Positions 9,456-19,023 of a stretch of 64,000 nt of DNA are shown piece by piece (position 1 is the stretch's first letter; every line of letters starts with the position of its first letter). This stretch comes from Spirochaetia bacterium (GTDB taxonomy: Bacteria; Spirochaetota; Spirochaetia; DSM-16054; Sediminispirochaetaceae). The translations under genes were made by a program, and so were the position numbers. The stretch covers positions 672,001 to 736,000 of the forward strand of contig JAXHMY010000001.1 in the NCBI GenBank assembly GCA_034520965.1, read 5' to 3'. The notes under the pieces are model-generated. The model was not told the origin of the DNA. It saw only the letters and a list, made by a program, of their open reading frames with translations, and ran no database searches.

Positions 9456-12029
9456 CTATTCAACCAGCACTTTCAGCTGCGCCGGCTCCAACTGGTGAAA
9501 GTTAAGGTAGCGGTACACCTGCTGCTGCTTCGCCTTATCCAGCTTTTTCGCCACAATAGTATGGTACTCCTCGCTGCTGGGTATACGGCCGAGGATAGCA
9601 GTTACCGCCGCCAGCTCCGCGCTCCCCAGATATACCTGGGCCCCCTTTCCCATCCGATTATTAAAGTTCCGGGTACTGGTAGAAAACACGGTCGCCTGGT
9701 CCCGTACCCTCGCCTGGTTGCCCATGCACAAACTGCAGCCGGGAACCTCAGTGCGAGCCCCGGCCTGGCCGAAGACCGAATAGTAGCCCTCTTCAATCAG
9801 TTTGCGCTCGTCCATCTTGGTCGGAGGAGTTACCCACAGCCGGGCAGGCACCTGCCCCTCCCTTTTTAACACCTCACCGAGAGCCCGGAACAGCCCGATA
9901 TTTGTCATGCAGCTGCCGACAAATACCTCGTCGATTACATGCAGGCGGCCGGGATCGGCTAAGACTTCGGTAAGAGTAGCAACATCGTCGGGGTCGTTGG
10001 GACAGGCGACAATCGGTTCGGTGATTTCATTCATGTCTATTTCAATTTCTTCAACATACTCGGCGTCGCTGTCGGCCTGCAGCAGCTCAGGCTTCGCGAG
10101 CCAGGCCTGCATCTTCTCCTTGCGCCGCAGAAGGGTATGCACGTCCTCATACCCCTCTGCAATCAACTGCTCGATCAGGGCAATGTTAGATTCAAGATAC
10201 TCTGCAATAGGCTCAGGATTAAGCTTCACAGTGCAGGCGGCGGCGGACCTTTCAGCGGAGGAGTCGCTCAATTCAAAGGCCTGCTCCACTTTAAGATCTT
10301 CCAAGCCCTCAATTTCTATAATCCGACCGGCAAAGACATTCTTCTTGCTGCTCTTCTCCACAGTAAGTAAGTCCTGCTTAATCGCCACATAGGGAATTGC
10401 ATTTACTAAATCCCGCAGGGTGATGCCCGGCTGCATTTCGCCTTTGAAGCTCACCTTTACCGATTCGGGCATATTTAGCGGCATACTCCCGGCTACAGAG
10501 GCAAAGGCTACCAACCCGCTGCCGGCCGGAAAGGATATGCCCAAGGGTAGACGGGTGTGCGAATCGCCGCCAGTGCCGACGGTGTCGGGCAGACACAGAC
10601 GGTTGAGCCAGGAGTGGATCACACCGTCCCGGGGCTTGAGGCTAAGCCCTTGGCGACTGGTGAAAAACTCGGGCAATGTATTGTGCAGCTGCGCATCCGA
10701 GGGTTTGGGATACGCGGCGGTGTGGCAGAAGCTCTGCATTACTAGGTCCGCCCCGAAATTGAGTGCGGCCAACTCGCGGATTTCGTCCCGGGTCATTGGA
10801 CCGGTGGTATCCTGGCTGCCAACGGTGGCGGTTTCCGGTTCGACATACATTCCCGGCCTCACACCCGGCAAGTTACAGGCCCGACCGACTATTCTCTGGG
10901 CCAGGGTATAGCCCTTGCCGGTATCTTCCGGCTGAATCGGTTTGGTAAAAAACGTCTCTTCCCCAAGGCCCAAGGTGTGACGGGCCTTGTTGGTTAAGTT
11001 GCGTCCAATTATTAGGGGGATCCGGCCACATGCCCGCACCTCATCACTGAGGGTGGTGGGAGTCAACCGGAACTCGCTTACAAGTGCCCCCTCTTTTAAT
11101 ATTTTTCCCTCGTAGGGTTTGATGGTAATTATGTCGCCGGTCTCGAGCTGGTCTACATTAGCCTGAATGGGCAGTGCCCCGCTGTCTTCGGCGGTATTAA
11201 AAAAGATTGGAGCAATAGTGCTGCCGATAACCACCCCACCGCTCTTTTTGTTGGGAACACCGGGAATCGGATGACCGATGTGCCACTGCAGCGAGTTGAT
11301 GCCCGACTTGCGGCTCGAGCCGGTCCCCACTACATCGCCTACATAGACAAGGGGATAGCCCTTCTGCTTGAGACGGTGAATAGTCTCCAGGGGCTGCTCC
11401 ATTTTTCCTGCCAGCATCGAGTTGGCGTGCAGGGGGATATCGCTGCGGGTAAAGGCCTCGGAGGCGGGGCTTAAATCGTCGGTATTTGTCTCGCCGGGGA
11501 CCTTAAACACTGTAACCGTGAGCTCCTCAGGCAGAGGAGCCCTATTGTTAAACCAGTCGGCCTTCGCCCAGGAGTCGATTACCCCCTTTGCATACCGGTT
11601 GCCCCGGTCCATTAAGTACTTCACATCCTGATAGTAATCGTACACCAACAGGATGTTTTTAAGCTGCTCCGTCGCTGCCTCAGCCACTGCAGTATCACTG
11701 TGTGTGAGAGCATCAATTAAAGGGGCAACGTTATACCCACCGAGCATAGTGCCTAGAATCCGCACCGCCTTCAATTCTGAAATTGCCGGGGAAGCGCTTT
11801 TCCCCCTGATTATATCCTTCAAAAAGGCAGCTTTTACATAGGCGGCATCGTCAACTCCAGGGCTGATATGGTTCTCAAACAGATCCATCACGTAATCGAT
11901 TTCGGGAACGGGGTTTTGCTTTAAAAGTTCTACCACCTCGCCGGTCTGCGCAGCGCTAAGCGGCAGGGGCGGAACAGCAAGAACTCCTCTCTCGCGGGTA
12001 TGGATTTTATAGTTTTCAATTACAGTCAT
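9456..12029 (-). CDS. acnB: Aconitate hydratase B
   Basis: [56 protein letters not shown]. Confidence 0.97.
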   Translation of the reverse strand: MTVIENYKIHTRERGVLAVPPLPLSAAQTGEVVELLKQNPVPEIDYVMDLFENHISPGVDDAAYVKAAFLKDIIRGKSASPAISELKAVRILGTMLGGYNVAPLIDALTHSDTAVAEAATEQLKNILLVYDYYQDVKYLMDRGNRYAKGVIDSWAKADWFNNRAPLPEELTVTVFKVPGETNTDDLSPASEAFTRSDIPLHANSMLAGKMEQPLETIHRLKQKGYPLVYVGDVVGTGSSRKSGINSLQWHIGHPIPGVPNKKSGGVVIGSTIAPIFFNTAEDSGALPIQANVDQLETGDIITIKPYEGKILKEGALVSEFRLTPTTLSDEVRACGRIPLIIGRNLTNKARHTLGLGEETFFTKPIQPEDTGKGYTLAQRIVGRACNLPGVRPGMYVEPETATVGSQDTTGPMTRDEIRELAALNFGADLVMQSFCHTAAYPKPSDAQLHNTLPEFFTSRQGLSLKPRDGVIHSWLNRLCLPDTVGTGGDSHTRLPLGISFPAGSGLVAFASVAGSMPLNMPESVKVSFKGEMQPGITLRDLVNAIPYVAIKQDLLTVEKSSKKNVFAGRIIEIEGLEDLKVEQAFELSDSSAERSAAACTVKLNPEPIAEYLESNIALIEQLIAEGYEDVHTLLRRKEKMQAWLAKPELLQADSDAEYVEEIEIDMNEITEPIVACPNDPDDVATLTEVLADPGRLHVIDEVFVGSCMTNIGLFRALGEVLKREGQVPARLWVTPPTKMDERKLIEEGYYSVFGQAGARTEVPGCSLCMGNQARVRDQATVFSTSTRNFNNRMGKGAQVYLGSAELAAVTAILGRIPSSEEYHTIVAKKLDKAKQQQVYRYLNFHQLEPAQLKVLVE

Positions 12030-12033
12030 GGGG

Positions 12034-12705
12034 TTACTCCTCTAAAGCCTTTGCTAACAACTGTTTTCCGTATTCAATGGAGGTTGCGTAAGAGAGGTCG
12101 GAGTTGATCGCCATTACTCCCTCCGGAGTCCTCAAGCCTTCAAGTTCGACCGGATCAAACACACCTCCTACCACTCCAATGACCTGGCCGTCGTCTACAC
12201 TTACCAGGGGCCCTCCGATATCACCGTACTGCACTCGCCGGTCGAAAATGATGAGGTTTGTGCCGCTGTGCGACCGAATGCGTCCGGAAAGCACCGATTG
12301 GGCGGCAATTACCCCATGAATACGATAATACCCAAAGGGTACTCCAAGGGACATCAGCATGGCCCCGCGGGGGTCTCCCTCCGGATCCCCCAGAATACCT
12401 TCCGGCATATTTATCTCCAGCTCCGGTTTCATCTTTAACAAGGCCACATCCCGGGCCGAATCCCGAGATACCAGTTCAACCGGCACCGGGGCAACCTCAT
12501 CGCGGCTTACCGGCATAAAGGACTCGCCCGCTAAGGGCGGAACAACGACCAAACCATCTTCTTCTGAAATGATTCGTGCGGTGCTTATTAAATAGCCCTC
12601 GGGGTGAACGAGAAAACTGCTGCCTAGAAAGTTCACCTCTCCCCCCGACTGGCGCATTACCATCATGCAGCTTCCCTGAAACCGCTGACTCACTGTCTCT
12701 AACAT
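12034..12705 (-). CDS. Trypsin-like (S1) fold protein lacking catalytic His and Ser
   Basis: [30 protein letters not shown]...G.VIGV. Confidence 0.75.
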   Translation of the reverse strand: MLETVSQRFQGSCMMVMRQSGGEVNFLGSSFLVHPEGYLISTARIISEEDGLVVVPPLAGESFMPVSRDEVAPVPVELVSRDSARDVALLKMKPELEINMPEGILGDPEGDPRGAMLMSLGVPFGYYRIHGVIAAQSVLSGRIRSHSGTNLIIFDRRVQYGDIGGPLVSVDDGQVIGVVGGVFDPVELEGLRTPEGVMAINSDLSYATSIEYGKQLLAKALEE

Positions 12706-12725
12706 TGCATGCTCCCTTTTGTTAA

Positions 12726-13712
12726 TTATTCAAGGCCTTGCACCCAGTCGTCTACCATCTCTGAATGCACCTCAATCCAGCGCAGCGCCTGAGCATATGC
12801 ATTATCCTGCTCATCCTCATGAATCCAGCGCATCAAGCGTTCAAGATCTGTAGGCTGATAAGAAATGCGTTGTAAAACTTTATACGCAAGCGGCTCTTCA
12901 TCTTTGAAATTTTTTCGAACCATAGTGTGAATAGATTCCTCGGCGCCAAAGACATTTTCCGGGTCATCCAGAAACCGCAGATTGTACAGCTCAAACACCC
13001 AATGGGGCTTCCAGCCGGTAAAAACAATCCATTCGCCGTCCTGTACCGCCCTGGATAGGCGGCTCAGCATTCGCTCTTCGTCCGAGCTTACTAGGTGGTA
13101 TTCTGCCTCCAATTCGTAGACGTATAGGGCCTCCCGGGTTCTGGCAACCACACCTGCTCCGGATTCAATACCAATAATGCGGCCATCAAACTTATCGACA
13201 GATTCAGCCAGTTCGGAAATAGACCGGATAGTCACTAATTCACGCCCGGTCTTGCCGCTGTCGCCGGTCTGCCGTCCGGGTTTTACCGTGGGCACCACCA
13301 GTCCTATGCGGGCTCCCACCAGATTGGCTCCAAGATCTTCCAGCTGTTCCCGGTATTGGGCATAGTAGCCGCTATGGGTTGTCGGCAGCCAGGCACCGGT
13401 GAGTATATCCGCCTCGCCCTCGGCTACTCGCCGCCACATCTCCTCTATTTTCACAGGAACCAACTGCACCCGGTAGCCTAGTCGCTCCTGCAACACCGCC
13501 TGCATCAAATGGGCACTCGCGATTTCGGATGACCACTCAGGATATACCAGCCGGAGGGTTATGTCGGACCGCGCCCTTCGCCGGGCTTCTGTCTCGGTAT
13601 CCTTCTCGGCCTCCTCCGGCGCACAGCCGGATACAAGGATAAGCACCACGCCGGCCACTAAAATTAGAAAAAACTTTAGAGAAGTTTTTTTTCGCCCTCC
13701 CCGCTTTCTCAT
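12726..13712 (-). CDS. Glycine betaine substrate-binding lipoprotein (OpuAC/ProX family)
   Basis: Lipobox VSGC; AWLPTTH, GLVVP, IIGIESGAG, VFTGWKPHW, LDDP. Confidence 0.9.
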   Translation of the reverse strand: MRKRGGRKKTSLKFFLILVAGVVLILVSGCAPEEAEKDTETEARRRARSDITLRLVYPEWSSEIASAHLMQAVLQERLGYRVQLVPVKIEEMWRRVAEGEADILTGAWLPTTHSGYYAQYREQLEDLGANLVGARIGLVVPTVKPGRQTGDSGKTGRELVTIRSISELAESVDKFDGRIIGIESGAGVVARTREALYVYELEAEYHLVSSDEERMLSRLSRAVQDGEWIVFTGWKPHWVFELYNLRFLDDPENVFGAEESIHTMVRKNFKDEEPLAYKVLQRISYQPTDLERLMRWIHEDEQDNAYAQALRWIEVHSEMVDDWVQGLE

Positions 13713-13776
13713 TTCCGGCCTCCTTCATTATCCTGTTTGTTATCCTTTTGTTTTTTTTCTTGTTTAGGCTTTTTCC

Positions 13777-15471
13777 CTACGAACAGCCGCTGTATTGTTC
13801 TTTACCTCCCTTTGCAGTCCCGGCTCCGGAGGCGGCTCCGCGTGGAGGTTTCTGTTTTCCAAGCCAACTCACATGACCGTGAACCAGCTCCGGCTCCGGG
13901 TGGCTGGAGACAGTCTTGAACACGTGGCCGTGCTCATACGGAGGCAGGGAGAAGCCCGGCCCCTCGGTGTAATTTGCCAGTCCCTTCCGTAAACTGTAAA
14001 TCATAAAGAGCAGCACAAAGGCAAAGGGCAAGCCCGTAGTAATGGCCGCCGTCTGCAGAGCCACCAGTCCACCCCCCAGCAAAAGTGCAGCCGCCACCGC
14101 TCCCTCAAGCAGGGCCCAAAACAGGCGCTGCAGCATCGGCGGGTCGGGATTTCCTCCGGCGGTGATAATATCTATAACCATGGAACCGGAGTCGGAGGAT
14201 GTGACAAAGAAAGTGATAATTACCAACACCGTCAGACCCGAGGTTACCGAGTTAAAGGGAAAATTCTGCAAGAGCTCAAATAGGGCAACCGGAATGTTCT
14301 CCTGCACTGCCCTGGCAATTCCACCTCCGCCGAACATCTCCACATTCAGGGCGCTGTTACCAAAAATTGTCAACCAGGCAAAGGTAATAAGGGTAGGCAC
14401 AAAGAGTACACCTAAAATAAAATCCCTGATAGTCCGGCCGTAGGAGACCCGGGCGATAAACATACCCACAAAGGGTGACCACGCGATCCACCAGCCCCAA
14501 TAGAATACTGTCCAGCTGTGCTGCCAGTTGCTGCCCTCATAGGTCTCGTTCCAGGTTGACAGTACCGGCAGATACTGGATGTAGTGTCCAAGGTTCTCAC
14601 CAAAGGCCTTAAATATAAACAGGGTGGGTCCCACAATCAGTACAAACAGACACAACAGCCCCGCCAGGACCAGGTTTATCTCAGAAAGCCGTCGGATACC
14701 GGCACTTAAACCCGCCAGTACCGACCAGGTTGCCAGCATAGTTATACCGGCAATCAATATCACCTGGATCATTGGGCTCTGGCCGATACCGAACAGGTGG
14801 TCCAGCCCCGCATTTACCTGCTGCACGCCGAGTCCTAGGGAAGTTGCCACTCCAAACAGTGTGGCAACGGTTGCCAGGATATCAATGATATTACCCGCAG
14901 CACCGTGTATTCTTTCACCCAAAACCGGGTAGAATACCGATCGAATTGAAAGGGGAAGCCCCTTGTTAAAGGCAAAAAATGCCAGGGACAGACCGACCAT
15001 GCTATACACCGCCCACGGATGAAAACCCCAGTGCAGGAAAGTAAGGTCCATAGCTGACCTGGCCGCCTCGGCACTACCCGGCTCGGTTAAGGGATAGCTG
15101 ACAAAATGAAACATCGGCTCGGCGACACTGTAAAACAGCAGTCCGATTCCCATTCCGGCGCTGAAGAGCATCGCAAACCATCCAAGTGTCGAAAATTCTG
15201 GTTTTGCATCGGAACCTCCCAGCCGGATATCGCCATGACGGCTGACCATCAAGACCAGCACAAACACCAGTATGATGTTCATAGTCATTATGAACAGCCA
15301 GCCTGCACCGGTAGCTATCCCTGTCTGGATAGTCGCAAAAAGGTCCCCCACTTTAGACTGAAATGCAATGGCAAGGGCTACCGACCCAATAATAATGGCG
15401 GCGGAGGTAAAAAAGACCCACGGGTGAATGTCGATGGCTAACCAGCCTCGCTTCTCTTCATTGTTCTCCAT
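13777..15471 (-). CDS. BCCT family transporter, BetP/OpuD-like Na+/glycine betaine symporter
   Basis: WFAMLFSAGMGIGL, HWGFHPWAVY, WTVFYWGWWIAWSPFVGMFIAR, FFVTSSDSG. Confidence 0.93.
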   Translation of the reverse strand: MENNEEKRGWLAIDIHPWVFFTSAAIIIGSVALAIAFQSKVGDLFATIQTGIATGAGWLFIMTMNIILVFVLVLMVSRHGDIRLGGSDAKPEFSTLGWFAMLFSAGMGIGLLFYSVAEPMFHFVSYPLTEPGSAEAARSAMDLTFLHWGFHPWAVYSMVGLSLAFFAFNKGLPLSIRSVFYPVLGERIHGAAGNIIDILATVATLFGVATSLGLGVQQVNAGLDHLFGIGQSPMIQVILIAGITMLATWSVLAGLSAGIRRLSEINLVLAGLLCLFVLIVGPTLFIFKAFGENLGHYIQYLPVLSTWNETYEGSNWQHSWTVFYWGWWIAWSPFVGMFIARVSYGRTIRDFILGVLFVPTLITFAWLTIFGNSALNVEMFGGGGIARAVQENIPVALFELLQNFPFNSVTSGLTVLVIITFFVTSSDSGSMVIDIITAGGNPDPPMLQRLFWALLEGAVAAALLLGGGLVALQTAAITTGLPFAFVLLFMIYSLRKGLANYTEGPGFSLPPYEHGHVFKTVSSHPEPELVHGHVSWLGKQKPPRGAASGAGTAKGGKEQYSGCS

Positions 15472-15636
15472 ATATGCTCCTGAGTAAGGGGTAACTTTAA
15501 GCATAAGAGCTTCCGCATGGACCGTCAATCCGGTTTTCTCCTGATTCAGTATTCTCTACTTACTAAAGATTGTGCCCCATACTCCCGCGCAGCTATGATA
15601 GACTAACCGTGGGATACTTCCCAAAAGGAGTTGCAG

Positions 15637-16401
15637 ATGGAATCACAGCTAAAAAGCAGACTTACATCAGGACACACAGTTATTGGAAGCTTTGTCACCA
15701 TCGGGAGCGCAGATACGACGGAAATTCTGGCACTTGCGGGGTTCGATTTTTTGGTCATCGATACTGAACACGGAGCAATGTCGATTGAAACAGCGACCCA
15801 CCTAATCCGGGCGGCCGATGTACATAACGTTCCCTCAATTGTCAGGGTGACGGAACCCTCGGATTCCACCATTTTGCGTTCCCTGGATATCGGAGCGGCC
15901 GGGGTACAGGTGCCCCAGGTTAACTCAGCTGAGTTAGCAGACAGCATCGCAAAAGCCGCTCATTACCACCCCGAGGGCCACCGCGGGCTAGCCATGCCCC
16001 GGGCCGCCGCCTATGGTTCAATGCCTATCGACCACTATTTTTCTAAAAGCCGGGAGGAGACCCTGGTGACAGCACAAATAGAAAGTGCAGATGGGCTGGC
16101 TCAGCTGGATGAAATAGCCGCCGTGCCCGGGATAGATGTAATCTTTTTAGGACCCTTCGATCTGTCCCACTCCCTGGGGATTCCGGGGCAAGTTGAAGAC
16201 CCTCGCATTAAGGATGCCGAAGGCCGAATTGTAGAAGTCTGTAAAGCCCACGGAAAGGCCGCCGGCATATTTGTAGTCAACGGCGAGGCGGCACAAGAGC
16301 GGGCACGGCAAGGGTTTCGTTACATTACCATCGCAATGGAGGCAATGTTCCTCTCTACCGCTGCCGCTCAGGCTTTAAAAACTGCTAAATCCGGATTATA
16401 A
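15637..16401 (+). CDS. HpcH/HpaI class II aldolase family protein
   Basis: GFDFLVIDTEHG, LDIGAAGVQVP, AQIES, GIDVIFLGPFDLS. Confidence 0.9.
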   Translation: MESQLKSRLTSGHTVIGSFVTIGSADTTEILALAGFDFLVIDTEHGAMSIETATHLIRAADVHNVPSIVRVTEPSDSTILRSLDIGAAGVQVPQVNSAELADSIAKAAHYHPEGHRGLAMPRAAAYGSMPIDHYFSKSREETLVTAQIESADGLAQLDEIAAVPGIDVIFLGPFDLSHSLGIPGQVEDPRIKDAEGRIVEVCKAHGKAAGIFVVNGEAAQERARQGFRYITIAMEAMFLSTAAAQALKTAKSGL

Positions 16402-16516
16402 CTCAGCCCTGACCATGGGTATGTTCAATTTGCCCACCACTCAAGAGGGGGCTGGATCCGGTTTTCTCTACGATGACGCCGGACGACGGCAGCTGCGCAT
16501 CGGCAACCGCCGCCTA

Positions 16517-16545
16517 TTGACATTTAAGTAAACACTGTTTACTAT
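16517..16545 (+). promoter_or_regulatory. Sigma70 promoter with embedded palindromic operator (probable TetR site)
   Basis: TTGACA (16517)-17 bp-TACTAT (16540); perfect inverted repeat AGTAAACA-C-TGTTTACT at 16527-16543. Confidence 0.8.
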
Positions 16546-16555
16546 AAATACAGTT

Positions 16556-17167
16556 ATGAGCATAGAAGAGAGAAAACAAAGGGAAAAGGCGGCCCTGCAG
16601 CACAAAATCATTCAGGCAGCTTCGGAATTGATCGCCGCAAGGGGACACGAGAACGTGAGTATCCGCCAAATAGCTGAGGCTGTTGAGTACTCCCCACGCA
16701 CTATTTACCTCTATTTCCAGGACAAGGAGCACCTTCTGCAGGAGGTTGTCGAAGCAGGATTCAAAAGAACTTTGGAGATGCGCTCCAGGGAGCCCGTACA
16801 CGTGCCCAAATCTCCCTCCGCCTTGATTCGGCAGCGCCTAGAGGCCCATATTACCTCAGCCCTCACCCATCCAAACTTCTACCGGGCGGTGGTTACACTG
16901 ATTTTTGATAAGGGGTATAGTCCAGGGCCGGCCCAGCAAAAAATTATCGACCAGACCAAAGCCGATATTGCCCGCTGCCTGCCGCAGGAGAGTGTCACAG
17001 ATGCAGAAATCGAAAACTACAGCAGAATAGTCTTTGCCGCAGCCCGGGGCTTTGCACTTTCACTGTTGACAATCAACGACACCCTCAGCGACGGAGAACG
17101 GAGGGAGCTTATCACCCACTTTATAAACTTTATTGAACAGGGATTACAAATCCAGGAGGACACATGA
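16556..17167 (+). CDS. TetR/AcrR family transcriptional regulator
   Basis: HTH SIRQIAEAVEYSPRTIYLYFQDKEHL. Confidence 0.93.
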   Translation: MSIEERKQREKAALQHKIIQAASELIAARGHENVSIRQIAEAVEYSPRTIYLYFQDKEHLLQEVVEAGFKRTLEMRSREPVHVPKSPSALIRQRLEAHITSALTHPNFYRAVVTLIFDKGYSPGPAQQKIIDQTKADIARCLPQESVTDAEIENYSRIVFAAARGFALSLLTINDTLSDGERRELITHFINFIEQGLQIQEDT

Positions 17168-17638
17168 AAACACTAATTGTGTATGCCGGACGAAACGGCA
17201 GTACCCAAAAAACGGCAGAACGGATAGCCGGGCAAATAGGCGCTGAAGCGGAGCTGGTGAATTTGCAAAAACAACCGGCCCCGGAATTGACAGAGTACGA
17301 CAATGTCATTTTGGGCGGCTCTATTCTGGCCGGCTCGGTACCCAAAACGCTACAAAAATTTATTGCACAGCAAAGAGAAGACGCTGCTTTCCAAGAGAGT
17401 AAGTATTTTCCTCTGCTGCCTAATGGAAGAGCAGATCGACCAGTACTTTAGCCGCAACTTTCCAGAACCCCTCTATTCGCACGCTGACCAGAAAATATGG
17501 GTAGGGGGAGAGCTTGTGCTGGGGGATCATAATTTTATCGTCAGAAAGATGCTGAAAAAGATTACCGGCACAAGTGAAGATATCCACAGCCTTGACTGGA
17601 GAGCGGCCGACCAACTGGCTGCAGCTGCAAAAGAATAG
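17164..17638 (+). CDS. Flavodoxin-domain (HemG-like) protein, frameshift near 17372
   Basis: LIVYAGRNGSTQKTAERIA and YDNVILGGSI in one frame; LLSKRVSIFLCC...GGEL in the next. Confidence 0.8.
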
Positions 17639-17648
17639 GAGCGAAGAA

Positions 17649-18031
17649 ATGAAGTTAAGAATAGCCCTTCTACTGAGCATCAGCCTAGTTGCCATGTCCC
17701 TGCTGGGCGGCTGCAGTGCCATGTCAAAAATGGACGAAACTAAATCCCTTACTATCACTACACCTAATTATAAGGAGCTCCCCGACGGCACTTATCGGGG
17801 AGCCTATGACGGGGGCCTTGTGGTTGCTGAGGTGGCAGTCACCATTCATGTAAAAGTATTAAGTCGGTAGAATTAATACGCCACGACCACGGCCGGGGGG
17901 CGGAGGCTGAAAAAATTGTAGATGCTATAGTGGAGGCACAATCCCTGGAGGTGGATGTGATCAGCGGAGCGACCGTGAGCAGCAAAGCTATCTTAAAGGC
18001 TGCTGAAAACGCCCTCAAAATGGAAAATTAG
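17649..18031 (+). CDS. FMN-binding lipoprotein, frameshift near 17850-17870
   Basis: Lipobox LGGC, DGTYRG, then in a shifted frame AQSLEVDVISGATVSSKAILKAAENAL with TAG at 18029-18031; SGAT flavinylation motif. Confidence 0.8.
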
Positions 18032-18831
18032 AGGTTTTCGGAGGTCCCGAGCTCCTGGTCGATCTCCTCAAGGCGCCGATTCAGTTTTGCTATGGTGTTC
18101 ATAATTCGCTGTTTTTCTTTGGATAAGACCTGCGCCGGATCTTCCGCCGCGGGGGAACTGCGCTTGGAGGAGAACTCCTCCCTCAGCATATCCTGACTAT
18201 AGCCGGTCTTAAGGGCTTGCAGGGCCTCCTGCTGCTCCTCTGGAGTTTTCAGTTGGGCCACCGCTTTCATACCGTCATAGCCTATCTCCGCCGGCAGCCC
18301 TGCGCTTGAAACCTGGACCATCCGTTTCATCTCACGGCGGTCGAGCTGGAGTACTCGGTCTACATAATCCTCAAAGCGGGCGCCCGACTCCTCGCACAGT
18401 TCCTGCGCCTGGTGCAGCACCTTGCCAAACTCCTGCATCAGATTTCCGTGGGGGGTTATAAAGCGCGAACGGATCTCTGCGGTCAGCTCGATAAAGCGCG
18501 GATCCTGCTCAAAGACATTCACGTACACCCCCTGCTGCTCGGCCTTATTCAACAAGCTGTGAAACAGACTCCAGAACCTGCGGGTATGGGAGCGACTGCT
18601 CTTTGGCGGAAGGGAGGAGCAGAAGTGCAGATGATGGGCATATTCATGGATGGCGGTGTAGATCAGGAGGTTATCATTCTTAAAGTTCTTATTATGCAGT
18701 ACAATTGCCCGCTCTTCCGGTTTATACAGGCCGTTTACTTTGCCACTCTCTTTACCAGAGAACACTACGGAAAAATATTCCTCGCAGGGCTCAATCTGCA
18801 GCAGGAGGGCTTTAATTTGGTCGGAGTTCAT
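18028..18831 (-). CDS. Hypothetical protein with HExxH zincin-like motif and helical C-terminus
   Basis: TAIHEYAHH followed by HTRRFW; coiled-coil-like C-terminus. Confidence 0.7.
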   Translation of the reverse strand: MNSDQIKALLLQIEPCEEYFSVVFSGKESGKVNGLYKPEERAIVLHNKNFKNDNLLIYTAIHEYAHHLHFCSSLPPKSSRSHTRRFWSLFHSLLNKAEQQGVYVNVFEQDPRFIELTAEIRSRFITPHGNLMQEFGKVLHQAQELCEESGARFEDYVDRVLQLDRREMKRMVQVSSAGLPAEIGYDGMKAVAQLKTPEEQQEALQALKTGYSQDMLREEFSSKRSSPAAEDPAQVLSKEKQRIMNTIAKLNRRLEEIDQELGTSENL

Positions 18832-18888
18832 GGGCCTATTCTGCAGTAAAAAGGGGCTTTGAGCAAGGAAGGGAGCCGGAGATCAGAA

Positions 18889-19023
18889 ATTCTAATTTTG
18901 AAAAGTGCAATGCACTATTCAAAATTAGAATGCCTCCAACCGTTTTGAAACACCACTTTTTTCTAAGAAAATGAAGCAAATTCTAAATTTTGAAGTCGTA
19001 TGACTTCCAAATTTAGAATTGCT
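18889..19023. repeat. Two adjacent long hairpins sharing an ATTCTAA(A)TTTTGAA stem
   Basis: 18889-18931: 21-bp arms with 1 mismatch; 18975-19023: ~23-bp near-perfect arms. Confidence 0.85.

Noticed and set aside
9495..11841. Long antisense ORFs over acnB (and similarly over hppA, agcS and the pur genes)
   Set aside because: Shadow ORFs of well-conserved genes, with no RBS or recognisable motifs
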